63,440 nt of DNA from Octopus bimaculoides. Taxonomy: Eukaryota. Shown piece by piece: positions 1-12,129 of the stretch. A model generated the notes under the pieces. The model was not told the origin of the DNA. It searched no databases and was given only the letters and a program-made list of their open reading frames with translations. Within the stretch, counting starts at the first letter, position 1. Each line of letters begins with the position of its first letter. Location: contig NC_069005.1 of NCBI RefSeq assembly GCF_001194135.2, positions 19,728,257 through 19,791,696 of the forward strand, read 5' to 3'. The translations under genes were made by a program, and so were the position numbers.

Positions 1-42
<42 letters not shown>
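1..42. repeat. (TA)n microsatellite
   Basis: Direct reading. Confidence 0.95.
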
Positions 43-45
<3 letters not shown>

Positions 46-77
46 CACATGCAAACACACACACATAGATATATGTA

Positions 78-1633
78 ATTAGATTGGAAAGAAAGTCCTG
101 TCACTTTTCATGATGGGAGAGAAACAGATGCTTCTTTCATCTTAATAGATATACAAGGTGACCATGAAGTCTACATACTTTGGAAATATCACCAATATTC
201 TTGTGGAATGGGCTCCTCACTCACCAGATATTGGTTCTCTTGACTTCTTTTTCTAGCGGTATTCTGAAGAAGGTGTACACTATGAAAATCTTAGGTATGG
301 ATTATCTGAAGGAAAGCATCACAAATGAATGTGTTCAAACTGAAATGTGGACTTCCTGCATTGAGTTCATTTTAATCTCACAAAGCCCATTGAACTCTGA
401 ATTGCTAATGATGGAAACTGTGTCAAAAATGTTATTCATTAATGTAGTTGAATAAAATGATTGAAAATATGCTTTTCATCTATGTATCCAAACTTTACAG
501 TCACCTTGTATTTTCTCAAGATATTTCCTATCATTATTGATGACATAATCCCATCATTTTGGCTAATTATTGATCTCTTGGGTGTAAAATTATTCAGGTC
601 TACACAATTGATAAACTATTTTCTCTGTAAATAATGTTGCAATGATCTGAAAAGATGACAGTCAGATGGAGCTAGGTCAAGAGAGTGAGGAGGATGAAGC
701 AAAGCTTCCGTATATAGTGCTATAGTCTCTTTCTGAGTCACTTGGGCGATATGTGGTTTTGCATTATCATGTAAGAATATCGTCTCTTTACAAGTGACCA
801 ATGATGGGTGCTTCTGAATGTGCAGTGCTTCTGAATGATGACAGTACTTCTCTGCAGTAACTATATCATTTTAGTTTAACACTTCATGACAGATGATAAC
901 TTTCATATCTCACAAAACACAGAATGTAACTTTTTGCAGCTGTTGTTTCAGTTAGGGTTCTCCCATTTTATTGGATGCTAGCCATTATCGTTTTCATTGG
1001 ATATAATTATGGAGAACCCACTTTTCATCACATGTAATAACTCTGTTTGGTGGCAAGTTCACTCTTCAATGAAAGAAGGAGGCAACTCTCTGAATAAGCT
1101 AAGAAGCAGTCAGATGATGAGAGACCAACTGACCAAGTTTAGACACTTTTTCTAGTTCATGAAAGTGTTTTATGATTAAAGTGTGACTTCAATTGTCTGT
1201 TTTGCGTTGGGTTTTCTTCAGCTACAGTTTTCAGAAGTTCAATATCAACATAACTTGGTTGTTGAGATTGAGGGGAATCTACAAGAGAGAGAGAGAGAGA
1301 GAGAGATTTCCTGTGCAAAACTGACCAAATGATTGTTAGCATGTCAGGACACTTAACGCTTCATTTTCATAGATAGCATGAATATTTCTGGCTACTTCCA
1401 TTGCTGAAGAGCTCCTTTTTAATTAATGCAGCATGCAGTGTCTGATAGGGGTCTGATCTAAACTTGCTTTAAAAGAACGAAATCATGAATTTCACTACTG
1501 TAGTATAAAGTTATTTGCAAAGAATGAAAAAAGTTAGAATGTAAAAATTAGTGCTTATCTTACGATTAGTGTTGAAAAGGTATACTCTAAGTGATCATGT
1601 AAAAAGTGCAACAGGATTTTCGTTCCAGCCTAG
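78..1633 (-). mobile_element. Decayed mariner (DD34D) DNA transposon
   Basis: Minus-strand remnants HDNAKPH...HPPHSLDLAPSDCHLFRSLQ (616-801; 34 residues between the 2nd and 3rd D) and N-terminal EVARNIHAIY...VDSPQSQQP (~1260-1400). Imperfect terminal inverted repeats ttagattggaaagaaagtcctg (79-100) vs reverse complement of 1613-1633 (ctaggctggaacgaaaatcctg), with TA at 76-77 and 1634-1635. Confidence 0.85.
154..508 (+). mobile_element. Internally deleted Tc1/mariner-superfamily element nested in the mariner
   Basis: TA-caaggtgac...gtcaccttg-TA termini (152-162 / 500-510). Internal EWAPHSPDIGSLDFFF*RY (from 206) resembles the WPPRSPDLTPLDFFLWGY C-terminal motif of DD37D/DD41D-type transposases. 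Confidence 0.8.
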
Positions 1634-2229
1634 TATAAAGTATGTAAGCATGGCCATGTGGTGAAGAAGCTCTCTCTGTCTCTTTGCTCACAGTGCCGCT
1701 GTGAGCCATCATAATGTATATAAGTTGAAGAAAGCATTAATGAATGGAACTATCATTAAAAGAACTGGAGATGTTGCATTCCTGAAAGATTTAACTGTTT
1801 TGCTTATCAATCACGAGATCCTGATTTCAATCCCATTGCATGACACCTTGTTTAGGTTGATTCAAGTCTTGTCAGTGGCTTTGGGGAGACAGAAACAGAG
1901 CAGAAACTTGGTACGTTGATTTTACCCATAATTCAAAGCCTCACCATTGTCATACGAGGTGTCATTCTGATTCTGTTTAAGGATTATGTTAATGATTCAT
2001 ATGCCTGAGGAATAATCAGCCGTGTACATGTGAATTCAATGAGCTGGTAACTCAGTTGATTGAACAATTGAACAATCATCATAATTAAATGACATCCATT
2101 GACTTATTAAAACAGGATAAAGCTCCTTCCCCAAGTCATATAAAATTCATAAGGACCATTTCCCAGATTCTATGGTCTGTCTATTTCCCACTGGAAAAGA
2201 CACCAGCCCTTTGCAGGATTACTCCTTTT

Positions 2230-2360
2230 TGCTAGCTGAGTGGACTGGAGCAATGTGAATGAAATGTTTTGTTCAAGAACATAATGCATCACCTGATCTA
2301 GGAATTAAAACCACAGTCTTACAATCATGAGTTCAATACCCTAACAGTTAAGCCATGCAC
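2230..2360 (-). mobile_element. CORE-like tRNA-derived SINE fragment
   Basis: gctgagtggactggagcaatgtgaatgaaatgttttgttcaagaaca block, also at ~7740-7870, 20645-20790, 53395-53530 and 59140-59280. It resembles the MIR/CORE block TTTACAGATGAGGAAACTGAGG...AAGTGACTTGCCCAAGGTCACA. Confidence 0.7.
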
Positions 2361-2544
2361 CTCTACTTTCTCTCTCTATCTATATGTGTATATTTCTATG
2401 TGTGTATGTATGAATGTGTTTGCCTCCAGTGCCAAAAAACACTGTTATCAAAACAGGTTCAGAGTCCAATCAGACATGCCAAACCACTATTGTCCGAACA
2501 GCTGCATCCAATCGTCTCATTCCCCTCATTGACTTATTGGTTAA

Positions 2545-2914
2545 TTAATTCTTTTGTTACCATATTTCTTTCAAAATACACTGTCTTTGTTTCAATTAAC
2601 TTTTAAAATAATGAAGAATTTAGCAAAATATCTTTGTCATTATTAAAAGGTGTCACGATGGCAGAATTGTAACCATGCTGGACAAAATGCTTGACAATAT
2701 TTCTTCTGGTTTTATATTCTGAGTTTAAATGATGTTGAGATTGACTTAGCCTTTCATCTTTTCAGGGTTGATTAAATAAAGTATCAGTTGAGCACAGGGG
2801 TTGATTTAATTGACTTACCCACTCCTCTAAAATTGCTGGCCTTGTACCAAAATTTGAACTATTATTATGTTCATGTTTGGAACATGAATTATTATGAAAT
2901 TTTGATTAATGGCT
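2545..2914. mobile_element. TTAA-MITE family A, copy 1 (interrupted by a SINE at ~2646-2860 and by copy 2)
   Basis: Shares gttaccatatttct...aaatacactg...gtcattatta...tgtttggaacat with 2919-3361 and 3366-3586. The SINE is flanked by attatta on both sides. Confidence 0.7.
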
Positions 2915-2918
2915 TTAA

Positions 2919-3361
2919 CCCTTTCGTTACCATATTTCTTTTGAAATACACTGCCTTTATTTCAATTGATTTTTAACTCTTTAGTATTCAAATTGGCCGT
3001 ATCAGATCCATATACCATACCTGTTTTATGTTTAAACTGACTAGAGCTGGCATCTCACACCTACTCTGCAACGTCATTTTAAAAATAAACAAATGCCTCA
3101 TCAAAACCTCAAAGCCAGAAGATAATGTATGATTAATTCAAAACAATGTGAATAAATAAGCATTTTATTTGACAGAATGATCTGAATGCTAAAGGGTTAA
3201 AATAGTGAATAATTTAGTAAAATAACTTTGTCATTTATTAACTCGATGTTTGAAACATAAATTAACATGAAATTTTGACAAAAAGTTTTTAGATCACTTT
3301 AAAACAAGAATTTTGTGTCATAGGACTAGGGTTGATCTTAGGTGGATTGGTATCAAGATAG
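2919..3361. mobile_element. TTAA-MITE family A, copy 2 (piggyBac-like termini)
   Basis: TTAA at 2915-2918 and 3362-3365; starts ccctttcg; carries the family B insertion. Confidence 0.75.
2977..3196. mobile_element. TTAA-MITE family B nested in family A
   Basis: TTAA at 2973-2976 and 3197-3200; termini ctctttag...ctaaaggg; second copy at 22500-22718. Confidence 0.8.
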
Positions 3362-3365
3362 TTAA

Positions 3366-3586
3366 CTCTTTTGTTAGCATATTTTTGTTGAAACATACTC
3401 TCTTTGTTTCAATTAACTTTTGAAAATAAAAAGAATTTGATAAAATAACCCTGTCATTATTAAGTTGATGTTTGGAACATAACATGAGATTTTGATAGCA
3501 GTTTTTAACTGAGACTACTTTAAAATAGGAAGTTTGTATCGTAGAACCAGGGGTAGTTTCAAGTTGGTTGGTTGGTATCAAAAAGG
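3366..3586. mobile_element. TTAA-MITE family A, copy 3
   Basis: TTAA at 3362-3365 (shared with copy 2) and 3587-3590. Confidence 0.75.
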
Positions 3587-5413
3587 TTAAAAGATGTTTT
3601 AATAATGATATAATGGGATTTAAAGAGCAACAAAAATGAAATATCTCAAAATAATAATTGGGTCATGGATATGTTTGTGTGTTTGTGAGCATGTGTATGT
3701 TTGTGTGTGTGTGTGTGTGTGTATGTGTGTGGGCATGTGTTTCTTTGTGTGCATATGTGTGTCTTTGAGTGTGTGGTTGTGTATGTTTTTGTGTGTTTGT
3801 ATGCGTATGTATGTGTGTTTGTGTGTGTTCTTGTGTGTGTGTTTATGTGCTTGTTTGTGTATGTGTGTTTGTGCGTGCATGTATGTATGTGTGCACTTGT
3901 GTGTATTTGTAAGTCATGGTGTCTGTGTGTGCTTGTGTTAATGCTCATGTGTATGTATGCATGTACGTATGTCTGTGTGTGTGTATATGGGTGTGTGCAT
4001 GTGTGGTGTTTAATGGTCTTGAATATTTAGAATATAAGATTTGATACATCTAAGATCTGTAGTTTCCTGCTTGTGTGTTGAGCGGAAGAGGTTGGGAAAG
4101 AAGCTGCCCAGTTAACGCACACACACACACACACACACACACTCTCTCTCTCTCTCTCCCTCTCTATCACACACACACCCACTCACAGAAAAAAGAATTT
4201 ATGATGTCCAAAAGTTTGGCTACTTATTTAAGTTAAAACAATTTTAAGGAAATACCATATTGGTGTATGTATTTATGTGTGTGTATTTGAGTGAAAGGAC
4301 CATCCCATTCCACATACATCAACTTCAACACATGCCTGCATGCACACACATAGTTATGAACACATAATTACATGCACATACACACAGACTCACACACACA
4401 TGCATACACATAATAATAGACATTCATGCCACACGTACATATACCCCACCTTGCATAAGTGCTTGTGTATGCATATGCATATGCATATACATATACACTC
4501 ACTCTTGCACATCCACTCATGCATATATGCATGGACACACACACACATGCACACACACACACACACACACACCAGGAATCTATGACGTCTATCAGTTTTG
4601 TTATTTAAAATAAAACATTTTAAAGAAATTATTACATTATATGTGTGTTCGTATATATATTTGTGTGTGTGTATGTGTATGTTTATATATATATATCTTT
4701 CCTTTCCTGAGCGTCCAATAATACTATCCATATCACGTCCTCACTTTGTTGTTTTTTTGTTTTTTTGTTATTGTTTTTTTGAACTANNNNNNNNNNNNNN
4801 NNNNNNNNNNNNNNNNNNNNNNNNNNNNNNNNNNNNNNNNNNNNNNNNNNNNNNNNNNNNNNNNNNNNNNNNNNNNNNNNNNNNNNNNNNNNNNNNNNNN
4901 NNNNNNNNNNNNNNNNNNNNNNNNNNNNNNNNNNNNNNNNNNNNNNNNNNNNNNNNNNNNNNNNNNNNNNNNNNNNNNNNNNNNNNNNNNNNNNNNNNNN
5001 NNNNNNNNNNNNNNNNNNNNNNNNNNNNNNNNNNNNNNNNNNNNNNNNNNNNNNNNNNNNNNNNNNNNNNNNNNNNNNNNNNNNNNNNNNNNNNNNNNNN
5101 NNNNNNNNNNNNNNNNNNNNNNNNNNNNNNNNNNNNNNNNNNNNNNNNNNNNNNNNNNNNNNNNNNNNNNNNNNNNNNNNNNNNNNNNNNNNNNNNNNNN
5201 NNNNNNNNNNNNNNNNNNNNNNNNNNNNNNNNNNNNNNNNNNNNNNNNNNNNNNNNNNNNNCATGCCTGTCGGACGTAGAAGAGCCGTGTTTTTCTATTC
5301 CATATGAAGCAATGATCAAAATTCCACTCTGCACAAGAGCTGTGTGTGAGTGGCGTCAGTTTGGGTTGGAGCCAAGATTTGGTGTTTGTTGGAACCAAGG
5401 AATAAACAGTAAT

Positions 5414-5447
<34 letters not shown>

Positions 5448-7164
5448 GTGTGTGTGTTTATACATGTAGGTGTGTGTGTATGTGTTTGTATACAAGTATA
5501 AGTATGTATGAATGTATGTGTCTGTTTATATATATGATATGTATGTATATGTGTGTGTGTGTGTATATATATATATATGCATGTCTACATATATATTTGT
5601 GTGTATATATTTTTTCGTGTGTGTTAAGTGCTCATGTGCCAACAAGACAACAAAACTAAGCAAAACAAACATTGCCCCACATTTATCCCAGCAGTGGCGC
5701 CACCTGTAAATGTGATTTACCTGTATATTTTGACTGCCTTGTAATATCACCTGGCCTGGCCTGAATATTTCTGATTGCTTTGGATTTGTATTTATATATT
5801 TTGTTCTTTCTTTTCTTTGATTTCTCTTTTATTGGATTTGACAAAAAAAATGTAGTGTGTGTATGTATATATATATAATCTCTCTCTCTCTCTCTTTCCA
5901 CACACACAAAGGTCATATTTGTACTTATGTATGTGGTGTTGTGTATATAAATATAAGTTTACACATGCACTCTCACCAACATGCACACATGTGTGAGTGT
6001 GGGTGTGTGTCTATATATATATATATATATGTGCAGATATTTGTGTATGTCGATACACACACGCACACGATACAATCCACACTAGCACACTAGCATGGAA
6101 AAAGAGTTCTAAAACAAATGAAATATGCACATCACATGACTACACACAAATGTACACATATACATACACACATGCTTGTAATGTCTGGTTTTAGCTGCTA
6201 TGTCTTTTAGACTTTCAAGCATTCTCACAATGCCCATTTTGCTACACCTTGACATGCCATCATAATCTTCAATCTCATATCACAAGGCTCTGTCGGACCA
6301 GATCTTTTCTACCTTCTTCCTCCTCACTCTGGTTTCTGTTTCACCTGGAGAGGAAGCTAGTCTGTTTTGTGTAGCTTTCTTGATTATGTTGAGTCAGGAA
6401 TACTAACTAAATTTTGTCCAACAAACGGGTTCTATCATGCATGGTACCTATCTACAGCTAGGTAGAGTCTGCCTTTGCAATCTGACTGTCTTGCTGGGTA
6501 AGAGACATTATGCCAGTCATTTTGGCATCACTAATTTGATGTTCATTTATTATATCAGATTCTGTAATGTTTTTCTCATTCACTTTCTGCTTCTCTCTCT
6601 CNNNNNNNNNNNNNNNNNNNNNNNNNNNNNNNNNNNNNNNNNNNNNNNNNNNNNNNNNNNNNNNNNNNNNNNNNNNNNNNNNNNNNNNNNNNNNNNNNNN
6701 NNNNNNNNNNNNNNNNNNNNNNNNNNNNNNNNNNNNNNNNNNNNNNNNNNNNNNNNNNNNNNNNNNNNNNNNNNNNNNNNNNNNNNNNNNNNNNNNNNNN
6801 NNNNNNNNNNNNNNNNNNNNNNNNNNNNNNNNNNNNNNNNNNNNNNNNNNNNNNNNNNNNNNNNNNNNNNNNNNNNNNNNNNNNNNNNNNNNNNNNNNNN
6901 NNNNNNNNNNNNNNNNNNNNNNNNNNNNNNNNNNNNNNNNNNNNNNNNNNNNNNNNNNNNNNNNNNNNNNNNNNNNNNNNNNNNNNNNNNNCTTAAATCA
7001 TACACCTTTTTGTCTGAAAGTTATTTTGAAAATTATTAACAAGAACAAATTGCAGATTTGTACTGTCTGTATTTTAAAACTATGATTAAAAAACAATTTT
7101 GAAACAAAAGCTGAAATTTTAGAATTTATGGGGTAGGAGTTAATGAAAATATTTAAAAAAAATT

Positions 7165-7440
7165 TCACTCATTATTATCATTTAACGCCTGTTATCCATG
7201 TTGGCATGAGTTGGACGGTGTGTCCAGAGCTTGCAAGTTGGGGAGCTGCACCAGACTCCAGTCTGATTTGGCATGGTTTCTATGGCTGGATGCCCTTCCT
7301 AATGCCAACCACTCTACAGAATGTGCTAGGTGCTTTTACGTGGCATTGCATGAGGATTTTTATGTGGCACTGCACAGGCACTTTTATGTGTCACCAGACA
7401 AGCACTTTTCTGTGGCACCACCATGAGTGCTTTACACCAC
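7165..7440 (-). mobile_element. SINE-like repeat, family D
   Basis: Reverse complement of the 8505-8990 family (ggctggatgcccttcctaatgccaacc). Confidence 0.7.
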
Positions 7441-8504
7441 CAGAAGGATCGGTCTTAACACTTCTGCTGCAAAGTACAGATCTTCTTGAGCATGGGTCAC
7501 TATTGTTTTTAAATTATATTTCATTTTCTGTTTGAAAATAAAGGAAGTGGGGATTGTAACGATGATTACTGATTTCAAAAATTTTCATTTTTTTTAATCT
7601 TCAAAGCTTCTTCCATTGTTCTTATGTACATAGTGTTAAAAAATTGGCTAAAATTGGAGGAAGGCAGTTTGATGTTGTTATACATCACTGATCACAATGC
7701 ACTTTTGCATCAACATTCCTCCATTGCAGGGTCCACCTATTTACAGCTTAGTGGACTGGAGCAGTGTGAAATGAAATGTTTTGCTCAAGAACACAACATG
7801 CCACCCAGTCCAGGAATTGAACCTACAATCTAGTACTCATGAGTGGAACACCCTATCCATTTAGCCATCCACCATCATATATATATATAATGTCATGTTT
7901 ATCCCCGCCACTTCCAAGTTTCTACATAAAGTGTAATGTTCACATTAATTTTGATTCTTACAGATACTTCCTGTTGACTTCAATGCCCCTCACCCTCAGG
8001 GCCTCACTTGCTCTCTGCCTCCCCCCAACACCACCACCATAGTTATGTTCCACCACCACTTCCACCTCTTCCTTCCTTATGTTTATGACATTCCACTCAA
8101 TACTGTCTATCTGTCTCTTCCTCTCTCTCTCTGCTCTGTGTTGTCACCAATGGTTACATAAATGTAATATTGTCACATCCGTACATGGCATCCTGTCTTG
8201 AATTTACCATTTTTGCTTTTTATTAAGTTCTCTTTCTCTTTGGTCTTTTTTTTTGGGGCATTTTTCTTTCTTTTCCCCCCTTCCTTCCTTCCTTCCCTCC
8301 TTCCTTTTTCTTGGCCATCCATTTTGCTGTTTTTTTTTTTCATTTCCTTTCTCCTTCTTTCTGTCCTTTTCCTTCTTACTTTCTCTTGTCTTTCTTTTTT
8401 GGCCTTGCTACTGTCTTTTCTTCCACAATAATTCTGCTTATTCATCTTCATCACCACAACAACAATAACAACAGCAGTAATAATTCTTTCTTATAAATCG
8501 AAAT

Positions 8505-8990
8505 TGAACCAAATTCGATGACTGGCACCTGTGCCAGTGGAGCGCTAACAGCACCATCCAAGCGGGATCACTGCCAGAGCAGCTGTCTGGCTTCCGTGTC
8601 GGTGGCACGTAAAAAGCACCATTTGAGTGTGATTGTTACCAGTGTCACCTTACTGGCACTTGTGCCGGTGGCACGTGAACAAAACATTCGAGCAAAGTTG
8701 TTGCCAGTGCTGCTGGACTGGCTCCAGTGCAGGTGGCACGTAAAAAACACCATTTGAGTGTGGCCATTGCCAGTACCGCCAGACTGGCCCTCGTGCCGGT
8801 GGCATGTAAAAGCATCCACTACACTCTCGGAGTGGTTGGCGTTAGGAAGGGCATCCAGCTGTAGAAACTCTGCCAAATCAGATCGGAGCCTGGTGCAGCC
8901 ATCTGGTTTGCCAGTCTTCAGTCAAATCGTCCAACCCATGCTAGCATGGAAAGCGGACGTTAAAGAATGATGATGATGATAATAATGATA
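8505..8990 (+). mobile_element. SINE-like repeat, family D, with internal ~65-bp tandem subunits and (GAT)n tail
   Basis: Four ggtggcacgt(a/g)aa subunits, then ggttggcgttaggaagggcatccagctgtagaaac...catgctagcatggaaagcggacgttaaa(gat)n. Related copies at ~16655-16870, 20870-21060 and 33560-33650. Confidence 0.75.
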
Positions 8991-9004
8991 ATGATGATAT
9001 AATA

Positions 9005-9480
9005 ATATTGGTTTCAAATTTTGGCACAAGGTCTGAAATTTTTTTGGTAGGGAGGGAGGAGACTAGTCAATCACATTACCCCCTCCCCCACCTGTTTAAC
9101 TAGTTCTTATTTTATTGACATCAAAAGGCTGAAAAGCAAAATCAACCTCATGCCATTAGACTGTAAAGATAGACAAAATGCCGCGAAGCATTTTGCTCAG
9201 TGAACCAGCAATTCTGCCAATTTGTCACCCTACCGCCTTTTTGTATATTATAATAATGACAGTTACAAATTCTGGCACAAAGCCCACAATTTTAGGGAAC
9301 ATAGGTAAGTCAGTTACATTGTCCCCTGTACTTGACTGATACTTTGTTTTATTGACTCCAAAAGGATGAGGGCAAAGTTGCCCTTGGTGAGATTTGGGCT
9401 TAGCGCACAAAGGGCTTGAAGAAATACCACTAAGCATTTTGTTTGACGCACTAACTATTCTCTCAGCCCACCACTTTACA
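9005..9480 (-). mobile_element. Two tandem tRNA-derived SINEs, family B
   Basis: Reverse complement of gagctggcagaa...gagttcaaat...ctttcatcc...aagtaccagt...tgtgccaaaatttgaaacc, separated by AAT tracts. Confidence 0.75.
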
Positions 9481-10647
9481 GCAATAATAACAATCCTTTG
9501 AGAGGGATTCTTTGGGGTTTGAATAAATATTACAAAAGGAAATTTTGAAAGAAATATTAGTCATTTTTCATATTTATTAGGGGTAAGCAAATAGGAAATA
9601 ACAGTTGCTACCCAAGGACAAAAGTTGTGTTGCACAGTGTCATTTACCTTTTACATCTTTCTGGTAAACACCTAACCTTCTGACAGGTTTCCATACAGTT
9701 TCCATCTACCAAATTTCTTTCACAAGGTTTGTGTTGACTCAAGGCTTTTATTAAAAAGTTAACCTGGCACACATTGTGAAATGAAATCCTTAACCCTGAA
9801 GAAGAAATATGTTATTTGGAAGTTAATGCTGATAACCTAGTATCTGCATCACTCTAGTAAAAATGTGCACATGTTATTTGAGAAAGTAGGAATCCCAGAT
9901 TTATTCTCAGCATCTCATGGCTATTTTTGAATGATTGACACAGTTAGGTTGGAAAGGAATTTAAAAAAAAAGAAAAAGAGATTAAAAAATTATTTTATTT
10001 TTATTTTTAAAGTTTTGCCAAAAATGGTTTCACAAAAACAATAAAACAAGCAAAAAAAAAAATGTTTGCAGAACAAGAATATGCATAAAAAAAATACTAA
10101 ATCTAATTTTTTTAGCCAGGAGTTGCTTTTTTTAATCATTTTTTTTTTCTTTTGTGAGTGTGTGTGAGAGAGAGTGAGAAGGAAAGAGAGAGAGAGAAAG
10201 AGAAAAGTGTATGTTATAGAGAGAGAGTGAAATTTATCTGTAATCTGAAGTTATAGATGTTAGTTTAAAATTAGAATATCTCTAGTCTGTTCTCTCTTCT
10301 AGTTATTCTTTCTCTCATTATCTTAATCTCTCTCTCTCTCTCTCTCTCTCTCCCCATCTGTCTTTTGCTTTCTTCTACTTCTCTCTCTCTTTCTCTTCTC
10401 TCTTTGTTTCTTTTCCTTTCCTTCACTATTCTTTTCTCATTTCCTCTTTCTCTTTCCTTCTTTTTTTCTTTGTTTGGCTCCCCCCCTCTTTTTCACAAGT
10501 CTTACATGCATGTGCACACATACATGCACAACACACATTTTTTTGCTATCTTATTTTCTTTCTCTTTACCTACCTTTCTGTCTGTATCTTCTTGTTTATT
10601 CTCTCTAACCCACAAGCTCCTCTTCCACTCACGCTTACCTCCGATTC

Positions 10648-10697
<50 letters not shown>

Positions 10698-11654
10698 CAT
10701 GCGCTTGTGCTCATGCACACTTGTAGCAATGAGTGCCTGAGCTGTCTCAGGACTCATCTGGGGCTACAATTCAATAGCAACAATGATAAGAACNNNNNNN
10801 NNNNNNNNNNNNNNNNNNNNNNNNNNNNNNNNNNNNNNNNNNNNNNNNNNNNNNNNNNNNNNNNNNNNNNNNNNNNNNNNNNNNNNNNNNNNNNNNNNNN
10901 NNNNNNNNNNNNNNNNNNNNNNNNNNNNNNNNNNNNNNNNNNNNNNNNNNNNNNNNNNNNNNNNNNNNNNNNNNNNNNNNNNNNNNNNNNNNNNNNNNNN
11001 NNNNNNNNNNNNNNNNNNNNNNNNNNNNNNNNNNNNNNNNNNNNNNNNNNNNNNNNNNNNNNNNNNNNNNNNNNNNNNNNNNNNNNNNNNNNNNNNNNNN
11101 NNNNNNNNNNNNNNNNNNNNNNNNNNNNNNNNNNNNNNNNNNNNNNNNNNNNNNNNNNNNNNNNNNNNNNNNNNNNNNNNNNNNNNNNNNNNNNNNNNNN
11201 NNNNNNNNNNNNNNNNNNNNNNNNNNNNNNNNNNNNNNNNNNNNNNNNNNNNNNNNNNNNNNNNNNNNNNNNNNNNNNNNNNNNNNNNNNNNNNNNNNNN
11301 NNNNNNNNNNNNNNNNNNNNNNNNNNNNNNNNNNNNNNNNNNNNNNNNNNNNNNNNNNNNNNNNNNNNNNNNNNNNNNNNNNNNNNNNNNNNNNNNNNNN
11401 NNNNNNNNNNNNNNNNNNNNNNNNNNNNNNNNNNNNNNNNNNNNNNNNNNNNNNNNNNNNNNNNNNNNNNNNNNNNNNNNNNNNNNNNNNNNNNNNNNNN
11501 NNNNNNNNNNNNNNNNNNNNNNNNNNNNNNNNNNNNNNNNNNNNNNNNNNNNNNNNNNNNNNNNNNNNNNNNNNNNNNNNNNNNNNNNNNNNNNNNNNNN
11601 NNNNNNNNNNNNNNNNNNNNNNNNNNNNNNNNNNNNNNNNNNNNNNNNNNNNNN

Positions 11655-11719
<65 letters not shown>

Positions 11720-11919
11720 GTTGCAGGCATGGTTATGTGGTTGAGTAGCTTGCTTCCTAACCTTGTGATCTTGGATTCAGTCCCACTGTGAGGCATCTTG
11801 GGAAAGTGTTTCTATCATAGCTGCAGGCTGACCAAAGTTTTGTGAATCAATTTGCTAGACATAAACTGAAAGAAGCCTGTTGAATATGTATAAATATAAA
11901 ATCTGTTTGTGTGTACCTT

Positions 11920-12125
11920 TGTCTAGACATCATGTGATGGCTGTAAACATGCATCACCATCATAGAAGCAATGTTGCTTGTTTCCAGTCATCTATGAAAG
12001 ACATATCTATGAGGAAATATTACCTTGCTTGGTGAAGTTTGGCAACAGGAACAACCAGAAAAACGTTGCCTAAAATTCTGTCTAACTCATGTAAGTGGTC
12101 ATTAAATGAAGATGACGATGATGAT
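11920..12125 (+). mobile_element. SINE-like repeat, family E
   Basis: gacatcatgtgat...ggaaatattacc...acaggaa...(gat)n. Further copies at ~14590-14850, 15745-15985, 22795-23000, 45040-45170, 55560-55790, 59575-59775 and 62470-62660. Confidence 0.7.
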
Positions 12126-12129
12126 GATA

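Noticed and set aside
7330-8820. CRISPR-like repeat-spacer arrays
   Set aside because: Eukaryotic context, degenerate repeats, no cas genes; the units are internal to a SINE family.
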